DNA of 64,000 nucleotides from Oopsacas minuta. Taxonomy: Eukaryota; Animalia; Porifera. A model generated the notes under the pieces. The model did not search any database. It had not been told where the DNA came from and saw only the letters and a program-made list of their open reading frames with translations. The translations under genes and the position numbers were made by a program. The stretch covers positions 124,001-188,000 of the forward strand of contig JAKMXF010000033.1 of NCBI GenBank assembly GCA_024704765.1, written 5' to 3'. How positions within the stretch are numbered: position 1 is the stretch's first letter; each line of letters begins with the position of its first letter. Below, piece by piece: positions 50,116 through 62,392 of this stretch.

Positions 50116-51822
50116 ATGTTTGGTGGTAGTACTAGTGTATCTCACACACCAAATCATAACCCAAACAAAGATATAGAAGTACCCAGCTGTCCAGATGATT
50201 CAATTAGCAAAATATCATTCTCACCTAATGCTAATTATCTGCTAGCTAGTTCATGGGACAATTCTGTTAGTTATGTCTAAAATTTAGTGGGAGTGTAGAG
50301 TAGTAACATTCCATTTTATCAGGTACGTTGTTGGGAAGTAGCAGATACAGGGCCAGTAGCAAAAGCTCAGATCGCTCATTCAGCTCCTGTATTATCCTGT
50401 TGTTGGCATGCTGATGGGACAAAAGCATTTACAGCTGGTTGTGATAACACAGCTAAGATTTGGGATCTTGCTTCTAACCAAACCATGGATGTAGCTGCCC
50501 ATGAGAGCCCGATCAGGAGTGTGAATTGGGTACAGGGAAAATCTTACAGTTGTCTCATGACTGGATCATGGGACAAGACTCTTAAAGTTAGTCAACAATG
50601 CAATCAATACAAATACATCTATAGCAATGTATTATTTGTTGTTTTAAAGCTTATTATTGTTTATAGTTTTGGGATACAAGAGCTCCCACTCCCAGCCTAG
50701 TGTTACAGCTACCAGAGAGGTGTTATTGTGTCGATGTGGTAAGATACATAGTTTATACATATCCCGGTTGCTATGTAACACCTATATGTATAATATTTAT
50801 AGCAATACCCTATGGCGGTAGTTGGAACAGCTAACAGAGGATTGGTAGTGTATCAACTTGAGAATCAACCTTCTGAGTATAAGGTGAGTAATTTGAATTA
50901 TTCAGAGATTAACTATCTTCCATTCGACTGTACTTTACGATAAGTATATTTCTAGAAAATAGATTCTCCTCTCAAATATCAGGTAACGACGGTCAACTCT
51001 CGTTAGAACGAAGTCCTCCAGTTTCACTTGGTTATTACGGGAGTTTTCTGTATATTTAGCATAGATGTATTAGCATATTTACAGATAAGAATCAACAACC
51101 TACTGGATTTGCTCTAGGCTCTATTGAGGGTAGAGTAGCTATACATTACATGCAAACAACTAATCCGTATGTAGATAAAGTCAACAACAAACAGGACTAG
51201 TATTAATATTGTTATTTGTTGTTTAGTGGGAAGGATAACTTCACATTTAAATGTCACAGGTCAGCTCCGCCTTCTCAACCAAATCAAGCACAAGAGATAT
51301 ATGCAGTTAGTTGAATAATTGACATAGGGGGCAACTGGACCTGTTCTATTTATATCCTATATTGTATTGCTTTAGGTAAATGATATCGCATTCCACCACC
51401 AACATGGTACACTATCTACTGTTGGGTCAGATGGAAGATTCAGTTTCTGGGATAAAGATGCTAGAATGAAACTTAAGGTTTGTTTATGTTTTTGTTTACT
51501 TGTAGAATGTTGTAAATATAAATTGTTGCCTTTTGTCACCTTTCTCGGAGGTGTGAAAAATATTTCCATAGACATCAGAAGCTATGGAGCAGCCAATAGT
51601 ATCTTGTGGATTCAATTATGATGGACAGATATTCGGATATGCAGTCAGTTATGATTGGTCTAAGGTAGGCGGAATTCATTTATGATTTCTCATAATAGCT
51701 ATTAGTAAATAACAACAAATTTTGTGTGTTTACAGGGACACGAAAATTACTTTTCTCAAAAGAAAAACTATATTTTCTTGAGAAAGGCAGAGGACGACTT
51801 ACGACCGAAAAAGAAGAAATAG
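50116..51822 (+). CDS. RAE1: mRNA export factor RAE1/Gle2 (WD40)
   Basis: [66 protein letters not shown]. Confidence 0.95.
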
Positions 51823-52172
51823 AATTATATTTGGGTTCATTCATTCACTTGCTTGATTCGACTGATATTATTATTCATAGCTAATTGTAGTATATTTTAG
51901 ATATTTTCTAACTAGACTGAGCGAAGTACGCCGAAGGGTGCTACTGGGTTTCTCTGTTCTGCAAATTTCCTGTTTGTGGAAGTTCATTTGTATGGGACTA
52001 GGGATTCCCTTTTTTCCTCCTTTTCCACATGCCCGGTTTCGCTGCTTAAGAGATTTAATAGACGCATAACTGATAAAGTTTGAAACAATAATTATCCCAT
52101 AAATAGTTATAAATGTACCTGTATGTGTAAACTAGCGGCCTGATATGATAAATAGAGGATGTCTCTAACAGA

Positions 52173-52191
52173 ATGAATGGTATTGGACAAG

Positions 52192-52234
<43 letters not shown>

Positions 52235-55200
52235 ACTACACAGCAGAATTAAAACTTGTTTTAGTGATGGCGTATTTTTTGATTCAGACTTTGACTCGGC
52301 TAACTTAGCTGCGGTCGTTGAAATTCCTAAATCAGAATTCGACTATGAGTTTAACCTATGGACAGCACCAGATTGTGCTGGTACTGAATTCGAGAATTCC
52401 AACAGGTACGCATACTGTCCCTCTATTTATACTAACTTGAGATTGTATTGACCAATAGGATAAGATCCTAATTAATAATCATTTACAGATCTTGGTTTTA
52501 CTTTGGAGTCCGCGGGGGGTCACCAGGCGGTAAAATGCTTCTGAATCTGATTAACCTGAACAAACAAGTTAAACTCTTCCAGCAAGGTATGACACCTGTA
52601 TACAGACAGAGGACTGGATGGGAGAGAATGAAAGAGAGACCAACTTTTGAAGTAAGTTATGCTAAGTAAAATATTCAATTTTTTTAATCATAATTTTTGC
52701 GTATAGATGTCAGACTGGGGCATGAAACTATCCTTTTTTCATACGATACCCACCAGCTCTAAACTAACTACCTATTATGCGTTCTGTTATCCTCACTCTT
52801 ATACTGATTGTCAGAGGAACCTTGAAAGAATTGGAAATACATTAGACAAACCTGAATACAAAGATATATACTTTCAAAGGTTTGTGTCATATTCTCCAGC
52901 ACGGAATGAAGGAGGATTTGACCTCTGAACACGCCCCGGAGGAGGTTATTGAGATAATCAAATCCTCTAGATTTCACATATTTCATTACTTTATAATATT
53001 ACTGTTTATCGCAGAGAACTAATGAACTTATCGCTAGACGGCCGAAGAATAGATCTTATTACAATATCAAGCTACTCAGGGATAACAGATGAGAGAGAGC
53101 CTCGGTTAGAAGGTCTGTTCCCCTCTGACGAACCCAGAGCTAATATATTCCAAGGCAAAAAGGTAACAATTTATATAGCTTCTGAATTAAAGTTTAATAT
53201 GGAATATACAGGTATATGTTCTTAGCTCAAGAGTACACCCTGGAGAAGTTCCTAGCAGTCACATATTCAACGGATTCCTGGATTTCATTCTGAACCCAGA
53301 AGATCTGAGGGCCAAAATGTTGAGGAACAAATTCGTGTTTAAACTTGTGCCAATGCTGAATCCTGATGGAGTAGCTCGAGGTAACTAAAATTTTTACAAA
53401 GCTTTAGTTACCAAAGCTTGAGAATGGAATGTGATACTTCTATCCTACAGGTCACTATAGAATGGACCAGAGGGGAGCTAATCTTAACAGGTACTACCTG
53501 GACCCAGATCCCTCCCTTCACCCTTCAATCTTTGCTTTGAGGAAGCTTATACTCCATCATCATGATAGAGGAATGTTACAAGCTAAACACCGAACCGTAG
53601 GAATGTAAGCAATCTGATTGGGTTACAAATACAAGTGCTTTTAAATCTATTTTTTTAGAACAAGTGAACTTCCATTGGTTCACTTCCGATTGGACACGAG
53701 AGACACCTCCTCTCCCCCTGGACAACCCGATCCCTTAACCACACAGGACAACAGCGGTATCGCCGTATTTGTAGACCTACATGCTCACGCTTCTAAGAGA
53801 GGCTGTTTTATATATGGCAACCATTTTGATGACGTCACGGTACAAACTGAGAACATGCTATACCCGAAACTAATATCACTAAACTCTCATAACTTTGATT
53901 ACGGATACTGTGTATTCTCAGAGAAGAATATGTATTGGAAGGAGAAGAGAGACGGTCTGTCTAAGGAAGGTAGCGGTAGAGTAGGAATATACAAAGCAAC
54001 TGGTATAATCAGGAGGTAATGTTTCATATGCTAGCGCCCCTGGGCATAAGGATATTAGGTTCATGAGAATGCCACACATTGAGAGATTCATTGTTCAGCT
54101 TCATCAAATCTTTATACAATCAACTTCCCTTATACCGAAGCTTAAGGGACCATGATAATTACTTCGATATGTAACTGGAGTTGACTGTATTCAAATATTG
54201 ACAGTAGTTATAACTGTATTTTCCATAGTTACACTTTGGAATGTAACTATAATACAGGAAGGTTGTGTAACGCTATATCACCAGCTGATCCAACTGGAAG
54301 ATCAACACCCCCTCATAATCTGAATTACCCACCTAAATTCACTATCCCTGTCTTAGAAGAGGTGAGAAATGTCCACTTTTGTGGCACCTTTAAGAATTTA
54401 TTTTTGTCTATTTTTAGTTAGGAAAATCTGTCGCTATTTCAACACTGGATTTATTTGACTGTAATCCCTGGTCCAGGATAAAGAAGAGTCAATACAGTAC
54501 ATTGCATGGTGTAAGACAGAGTATTACAGAGCAGATTAATAGTTCTAGAATATGCAGAGATCAATCTAGCAGTAGTGTCAATAGCTGTACCCAAAGATCA
54601 TTGGATAATAAACCTAAGTAAGTTCTAGTAATGTGAGGTGTTAATAACTGGAACTATGAGTTATCTTTGGTTTAAAATCCTGACAAATATCATCCTGTTA
54701 TTACGTAGATATGCTTATTACTTACTTAACCATGGATGGTGGATTAGCTAATCTGCTTGGATATTGTTCTTAATGAAATGAATTACGATTCGCTTTATTG
54801 AGTTGCTAATCGATAGGATATCTCGTAACGGATTCAACAATACTTCAGAAGTAGAAGATAGATTATCACACAAATCTCCTCTCATACATCCTAAGTCTAA
54901 CAACACAACTTCAAGGAGCAGTTCTAGAGCATTAGCTACACCCTGCATTCCTATTGCTAGTCCCGCCGCTAAGCAGATACCTATTAAACAAGCATTCGGT
55001 AAGTTCTGAAGTTAACCCTGCTCATTTCATTGTATTTAAAGGTGTCAAAATATGATTAATCATATGTATAGGAGATATGACAATGTCTTCTCTAATAATT
55101 TCAAAGAGCAAGCTCTCATCTATCCCAATGGATAGCTCTACACACAACAGTATTATCTCAGAAGCAAAATGTAAACTTAGCAAGCAAGCTAGTTACAAAC

Positions 55201-55660
55201 AATTGGAAATACGCAGTGTAATTAGGAGAGTGTCAGACGGGGAAAGACCAGTTTCTGAGGCTGCACAGACAGCTAAAAGGGGACTTGTGGGTAAAAAGGA
55301 TAAGGCACACTCCTCTAGGGGAAGAGGGACCTCTCTTAAGAGTTGTAAGTTATATGCATATAGGTTAAAATCTGATTGGTTTAATATTGATTGAGAAGCA
55401 CATGTTTAATGCAGCGGTTACCAATCTATGCCACTTTAGTTACAGATAAAGTTGTCGATGTGTCACCTCAGAAATCAACCTCTATTGTTATGGGGTTAGA
55501 TCTAGCTACCCTCTTTCCTGTGGACAGCTGTATGTCTGTACATACACCTACTACACCACCTGGATATCTGTCTGCCTCTCCTCTCAAGACCCTGTCAAAT
55601 ACTCTCAGAATGAAGCAGGGAGAGATAATAGTGAAGGAAAGAAGAAAGGTATTATTATAA
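52173..55660 (+). CDS. AGBL5: Cytosolic carboxypeptidase 5 (tubulin deglutamylase); 3' exon structure tentative
   Basis: [76 protein letters not shown]. Confidence 0.92.
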
Positions 55661-55766
55661 TTATTTGACTGTTTGTTATGAATTAGAAACTAAAGCACTG
55701 TAATTTGCAGAATTTTGAAACAAAGATATATATACATGCAGCATAGGAAATAACAAATCATATATA

Positions 55767-56216
55767 TTAGCTAGAAAAGTTATGAATTGTATCAGGAGGG
55801 AGAATAGAGTTAGGTTGTAAGGAAAAAGGTGCACCAGTCATGTTCCAATGTGTTAAACTGGTCTGTGAGGTCTCTTTACCTCTCCTCTCCAATTCAAAAG
55901 CTTGATTCAGTTTACGAAGTAGAAACATTTGAGTTTTCTCATGAACCATTGATTCTGCTAAAGCTAGGTAACCATCGTTTCCCCGCGTTAGCAGAAGGTC
56001 TACTAACTTTTCTGCTCGTCGCTGTCTAGAGGCTAGCTGCGAAATTTCATCACATTCCGATGCGGTGATTACGTTACGACTTTTCAAAACTGGAAAATGA
56101 TTTTCTGGGTCGATATTTTGGACCAAACTTGTCCGATTCTTTTCTAATATTTCTCTGGAAATTTGGCAAAGTTGTTCTTGATCCAATCTACGTTTCTTGC
56201 TTTGTCTTGAAACCAT
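55767..56216 (-). CDS. BCL10: BCL10-like CARD protein, intronless, 149 aa
   Basis: HFPVLKSRNVIT..ECDEIS...RQRRAEKLVDLL...G..ALAESM..EKTQMFLLRKL resembles the BCL10 CARD including its EKTQxFLxxK helix. Confidence 0.72.
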   Translation of the reverse strand: MVSRQSKKRRLDQEQLCQISREILEKNRTSLVQNIDPENHFPVLKSRNVITASECDEISQLASRQRRAEKLVDLLLTRGNDGYLALAESMVHEKTQMFLLRKLNQAFELERRGKETSQTSLTHWNMTGAPFSLQPNSILPPDTIHNFSS

Positions 56217-56229
56217 TTTGATTGTTTGT

Positions 56230-56337
<108 letters not shown>

Positions 56338-56761
56338 CTATTGATTTATGCTCTATTTATACACATAAATAATCTTTATAATAAACACCCCCTTCCTTCA
56401 GAAATAATTTGGAATTCCTCAGCTAATAATTATAGTATTTTCCAATATTTACTAATTAGATCATACAATTATTATTATTATTATTGTATATTCAAAGTGA
56501 AAGCTTTAGGACTTTCCTATTTTATTTCTCCAGAAATATCGAAAGTGACCCATTTGCATTTCTGAGTTTAAACGTGATACTCTGTGTAATCTCATTATGA
56601 ATGGCTGTACCCAAAATATGTCTAATTAATATTTGATTACAATCCAGTTTGTCATTATTATTTCTCCCTGAATTACCGGCCTGGAAATTATTTTTCGCCG
56701 AAGCAAAATTCCCTTTTGCGCTTAAGTTGTGATCTATTTGTTTGTTTGTTTGTTTATTTAG

Positions 56762-57133
56762 TTTGAAAAGAACATTCTACCAATAGAAGGAATAGAAGGA
56801 AAAGACTTCGTAGACCCACATTTTAGTTCTGAAGAAATAAAATTAGTGAAAAGATTACCAAAAACTTTGCAAGATAGAGCTCTCAGATGTTTGAAAGAAC
56901 AAAAAATTATCAGTGAAAGTAGGAATAAAAGTGACAATAATTTAGAGACGAACAGCCAAACCAAACTTCCCTCAAAATCTGATAAACGTAAGAACGGTTT
57001 ATTTACAGTTTGGACAAGTGAAGCTGACAAAAATTCTTCTAAAAGCAAATCAAAAATCCGCAAACCAGATTTCAGTCCTCTGGGGACAATACAGCCACCT
57101 AAGACCTCAAAATCTAACCCTAGCAAGAAGTAA
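56762..57133 (+). CDS. Lys/Ser-rich terminal exon of an unidentified gene
   Basis: Acceptor TATTTAG at 56762 opens a roughly 120-codon frame; upstream exons not resolved. Confidence 0.35.
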   Translation, partial: FEKNILPIEGIEGKDFVDPHFSSEEIKLVKRLPKTLQDRALRCLKEQKIISESRNKSDNNLETNSQTKLPSKSDKRKNGLFTVWTSEADKNSSKSKSKIRKPDFSPLGTIQPPKTSKSNPSKK

Positions 57134-57269
57134 ATATACGTCAACATATATCTCAAGTGTGAAATAAATACAAACAAAACACAATAACAAACAAGCTGTA
57201 TGTAAATACTGCAACCTAATAATGCGAACTCTATTAATTAAATCTAAACTAAGAAACTATTTGAACTAT

Positions 57270-60200
57270 TTATATCTTGTCTATTCGTCAGCTGTTTTTC
57301 ACCTCGTAAGGTATTCTGAAAACATCAATTTTGAAATGTGAACTCAATTCTTTGACCTATCAACAGAAGAATGTGAATTTTGGTACCGTGGGGGTCCTAA
57401 AAGTGACCCTCTGTCTCTGTAAACTCACCACAACAAAACCGAAATGAAAGTGTGAGAGTAGTAACACAATAACATAAGCGTATAGCACACCAATTTCTAT
57501 CTGTGGCACAGCTACTGAGGTTATAAGGGATATTACGGCTAGCAAAACCAAACTGTTAAATATCCTGAATCTTACTCCAGACATCTGTGAGATTATCAGG
57601 TTACACTACATGGGACAGATGTCATTTGTTTGTTTGTGTTTGTTTGATTGTACATACCGTTACATTCGAGAATGCTATTCCTATAGCAGAACAGAAGCAC
57701 CTTATCTCTATCTGCATTACCTTATTAGGAGATACTACAGACCAGATAATAAACACTAGGATTAAACCAGTAAGTGGTATAAATGGAGAGATGGAATCTA
57801 TAAAGCTGTCACACTTGTTCTCCTTGTTCACATAACTCCTAATTAAATTATAGAAATATGAGAGGACCCGATAATCCCTCCTCTCCTGGGTTTCCCCAAC
57901 AACTCACACTATCACATTCCATAAACTGACCAACAGACTAATGGCAGTACCACCTACAAACAAACAAACAAACAAACATACAAAACACATAATGTTTATT
58001 ACCTGCCATACCACTGACGTATAACACAATCAGAGGAATACCAAATCCTTCCAAATACCTTCCAAGAACACTCCATACTTCCATACCAAATATTCCTGTT
58101 ACTAAGTAAGCAGCTGATATACCCTATAGATACAATTTATTAACAGGGGGCGATCCCCTGGAGAGGAGGGGGCAATTTATCTATAGGAACATATAGTAAA
58201 TAATTGGATTGGTAAACAGCATAAATAATATATGTAAATTAGTTAGTGAGTCAAGTCAAAGTAAATATGTAATACAGCACAATTGTCCTTGCAGTATAGC
58301 TCATCTTTCAGTAGAGATATGTCTAAGAATAGGAAATTATAGCTCCTGGTATTGAGGTCCAGTTTATGAGTTATCCTATCGGTGAGTACTAGAGGTTCCC
58401 CTTCATCAACTGGTACCAATTCACACCTATAAGAACTGAGACAATTGTCCCCTATGATCTCATCAAAGTATCCAGGTAGTCTGCTAACAGTCAGACTTAT
58501 AGAGCCTAATAGACCGGAATTAGCTGTGATTCTAACATTGTTATGCCAGATATAAAAGGGAGGACTCTCAATGGTAGAAACAGATCTTGTGAGAGTATTA
58601 ACATCCAGGATACTCCAGCTGTACCCTTCTAGTATACGTCCTGTTATTGAGTCATATTTCATTAGCTCTGGTTTAGTGAACAGGGCTTTGGTTAGAAGTT
58701 CATTTTTCTTCTCTAAACTTGATACTCTTCTTTTCAGCTCAGCTGTCTCTCTCTCTATATTCAGATAATGCTCATTCATGTTTCTATCTGGTAGAGTGTC
58801 CTGCTGTCGTGTAACCACTATTTCTTCTATCTGGGTTATTGCATTGGTGATTCGTGATGATTCACATTTGTTAGAGCATTTATTCATATGATCTTCTAAC
58901 TCATCTCTTTTCATAACTACTTCACAATTCGTACAAGATACTGTATGCGGACTACAGGTGAAGAGATGTTTTTCTAGATCTATAGCTTGTAGCTCTACCC
59001 CACAGATCTCACAGGACACCTGTCTCATTACACACACCTTCCCGTGTTGCTCCATAGACCTACGGCTAATCCCTAATTCACATTTATTAGGACATTTATA
59101 TAGAAGCTCTTTGCAACGTTGTAAATGAATTTCCCCTTCCGTCACGGTACCAGTCCAGCTGCATCCCCGAGAAGATAAGGGACATTTCATGACTAGGCGT
59201 GCCACTAGCTCGCGTATGTCTCTAACCGGTGTTGCTTTGTCCGGACCATAGGAACAAGGTTTGCAAGTTGTCATCCCCTGGAAGGTGCAAGCGTCCCTTT
59301 TCACACCTTGACATAGGGTACAGATTACCAGAGCCTCTTCTATGATCGTGAAAGCCCGCATGAATAACTCCCTGTGGTATCCGCCATATCTTGTGACGTC
59401 ATTTTGTGATACTGTAGTATAGAGCAGTGGAGATAGTTTATCTGGAACAGCCATATATACTTGTTTACTTAGAGGTTAGTTTGTATACAGTTAGTGTTTG
59501 TATTGTATTATTATGTTATTGTGCAGTAATAACTATTCTATTCGCACAATTAAAGTTTACACCTGGAAAAGGTATGGCAATAAACTGGTTGAATGGAATG
59601 TGTTTGTTAATTATTAATTACCTGATGTACGAAATCAAATATCCAAGGTAGGAACAAAACTCCTGTATTGTACTTCTCCCAGTGAGATAAGTAGAATCCG
59701 ATTATTCCCATTATAACTGTGAAGAATATGATACCCTCTGTAAGTCCTATTCCCTGGCCTAGTCCTAGCCCTGAGGCAGCAGTTAAAGGGATTATGAATG
59801 CTACTATACTGTCCAAACCATGATCAAATAATTCTCCTATACACATTATTTATTGTAACAGCCATACAATAATTTCTATACAATGTAGCCTCCTTAAACT
59901 GGGTCGGAAAATGCTACCCAGTTTGTAGAGGCACACTGTACTTATTTTCACACCTAAAGGTGTGGAAGTCTTGGTCCTCCTAGCCTGCTTACCGTCCATA
60001 CCGTCCAGATTGTAACCAGTGAAATGAGCGACCGCAGAGTAGGCCCACACCCATGAGGGAATACCAGCTGTGTTCTTGAAGTCATAATCATACCAACCAA
60101 TCAGAATATAGGTAGACAGGACTAATAGGAATCCTACTACGGTCATTAGATTGGGAGCTACCCATCTTGGCGTTAACTACAGGAATGGGTAAAAGGAATT

Positions 60201-62345
60201 TACAATTGTTATGTGTATTTGAGTGCAGTACAAAGAATTAGTTATTAATAATTTGTAACAACAACAACAACAACAACAACAAATGGCTACAGAAACAGAG
60301 GACAAAGAATTCGTACCCACATTCGAAATAAAATCCCATCCAACAGACATACGAGCATATCAAAATCCATTCCCAGATTATATGTCTGCAATGTCTAACG
60401 AAACTTCTCTCATACACATAGCACAAGAAATTGTTATAAGCACAGATTTTATAAACAAAATTAAGTATTTTATAGCAGAACAGCTGGAGGTTATTGGAGA
60501 TAATTATTTGGATAAACTATCATATCAAGATGATAAGACCGTTTATACAGGGAGTTGTGGGCTGGCTTTTTTGTATATTAAGCTAGGTAATGGAATGTAT
60601 AAAAGAGATTCAAAGGCAGCTAAGTCTTTTCTGGAAATGGCAGGGGAAATTCTTGAAACGGTAGGTTCATATTTTAACGCCTTTTACAGATAATGTATAT
60701 TCACCTATTAGCAATTTGTTATTTTGTATTGTAAATAGAACGCATAATAGCAAGTTCACGTGTTGCAAGGAAATTCATATAAATACGATTTGTTAACAAG
60801 CGAACTACTGTCATTTGTAGGCAAGAGATGAAGTATATAAAGCATATCCAGCGTTTCTAATGGGGGACGGTGGTCCATGGACTCTATCGATACTACACGC
60901 ACAAGCTACGGGAGATAAGGACAGTATAGCTAAGTACACGGCAGAACTAGTGCATTTACATCACCATGTAGTTTGTAGTAAGAAAAATAATGAAGATGAG
61001 TTATTGTATGGAAGTGCTGGGTATTTGTATTGTCTGTTGTTAGTAAGGAAACTTGTACCTGAAGCCAATATAAATGACGAATTAGTTAAGAAAGTCAGTG
61101 ATGTGTTGGTAGAACATGGGATCAAATTGGCTCAATCTTTAGGACCAATTCCTCCCCTGATGTACTCATTCGCAGCAAAACAGTATATAGGAGCTGCCCA
61201 CGGATTAGCTGGTGTAGTGTACATACTGCTATGTAGTGCTGAGCTGATGGGAAGCAATGAAAACATGGATAATATAATATCATGTCTAGAGTATCTGCAG
61301 GGGGTAAAGTATGCTTCAGGTAGGTTAAAGACAACCCCAGGGCAAAGGGCAGTGATGGCGTCTGTCAATAAACTCATTATGCTAGACATGAATCAGTTCC
61401 TTGCATGCCAATGACTCTATGATATCTCTAGGGAACTTCCCCACTCAGTTCGGAGATACAGATGACATGAGGTTACACTGGTGTCACGGAGCTCCTGGCA
61501 TAGCAGTACTATTCTGTAAAGCATATAGTGTTACTCATAATATAAAATATCTCAAGACTGCTGTACAAGCAGCTAGACTTGTATGGGACAGAGGTCTGAT
61601 CAAGAAAGGAATTTCTCTATGTCATGGTGTAGCAGGGAATGCATACACATTCCTACAGTTATTTAAGGTAACTATGGTTGGATACACGCAGTAAATACGA
61701 GAAATATATTGTTTGTTTATTACTTTATTATCAACTAAGGTTACACAAGATGCAGAGTATCTCTACAATGCTCTCAAGTTCGCTGAATGGTGTATAGATG
61801 CTACTAAGGCTAGAGGGAGACCAGATAGACCGTTCACACTGTTTGAGGGACTAGCAGGTGCTATATACTTCCTTAACGACCTACTGGACATCAAGAATGC
61901 AGCATTCCCCGGATACGAGTTGTAATATATTATTATTGACAAAATATATACGTTTAGTATATGAATATCGAGTGTATCATTTCTATACAATATTACAAAT
62001 ATATTTAAGGTATTGGGATGATTTTCAAAGGACACATCCATAGATACGCATTTGGCTTTAAGTTATGTCTAGTTAAAATCCATAAAACAAATAAATTTAA
62101 TACTCACCTCCACCATTTTGTTCCAACAAGGATTGACTACATACACTGAATAAGGACTTGTATCTCTGCAACTATACTATAATGTATTAATATAAATTGA
62201 GTACCTAGGAGTGTTTATTCGCCCCCTGGGGGTACATAATTGCCCTGTCAACAACAACAACAACAACAACAACAACAACGCTTACCTTATAGTTGTCAAA
62301 TCCTTTGAGTTGTCTATCATTTAGATACGGTACCCCTGTTATCAT
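57270..62345 (-). CDS. SELENOI: Ethanolamine phosphotransferase EPT1/SELENOI-like, about 9 exons, hosting two nested genes; first stop TGA at 57288-57290
   Basis: LKGFDNYKYSCRDTSPYS, WVAPNL, DGMDGKQARRT..STPLGELFDHGLD CDP-alcohol phosphotransferase motif, SHWEKYNTGVLFLPW, VKELSSHF. Confidence 0.92.
58243..59454 (-). CDS. TRAF-like protein, intronless, nested on the same strand in EPT1 intron 58124-59621
   Basis: RING-like CTLC...CKPC, CPLSSRGCSWTG, several TRAF zinc fingers, coiled coil, MATH-like YSW..SPPFY..PGYFD. Confidence 0.87.
   Translation of the reverse strand: MAVPDKLSPLLYTTVSQNDVTRYGGYHRELFMRAFTIIEEALVICTLCQGVKRDACTFQGMTTCKPCSYGPDKATPVRDIRELVARLVMKCPLSSRGCSWTGTVTEGEIHLQRCKELLYKCPNKCELGISRRSMEQHGKVCVMRQVSCEICGVELQAIDLEKHLFTCSPHTVSCTNCEVVMKRDELEDHMNKCSNKCESSRITNAITQIEEIVVTRQQDTLPDRNMNEHYLNIERETAELKRRVSSLEKKNELLTKALFTKPELMKYDSITGRILEGYSWSILDVNTLTRSVSTIESPPFYIWHNNVRITANSGLLGSISLTVSRLPGYFDEIIGDNCLSSYRCELVPVDEGEPLVLTDRITHKLDLNTRSYNFLFLDISLLKDELYCKDNCAVLHIYFDLTH
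60283..61925 (+). CDS. LanC-like protein (LANCL1/2 family), about 4 exons, nested antisense in EPT1 intron 60177-62107
   Basis: RAYQNPFPDY, VYTGSCG, ELLYGSAGY, GAAHGLAG, WCHGAPG, LCHGVAGN, PDRPFTLFEGLAG. Confidence 0.93.
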
Positions 62346-62392
62346 ATTCATTCTGTTATAATCTAATTATATAAATATACACAAACAAGTGA

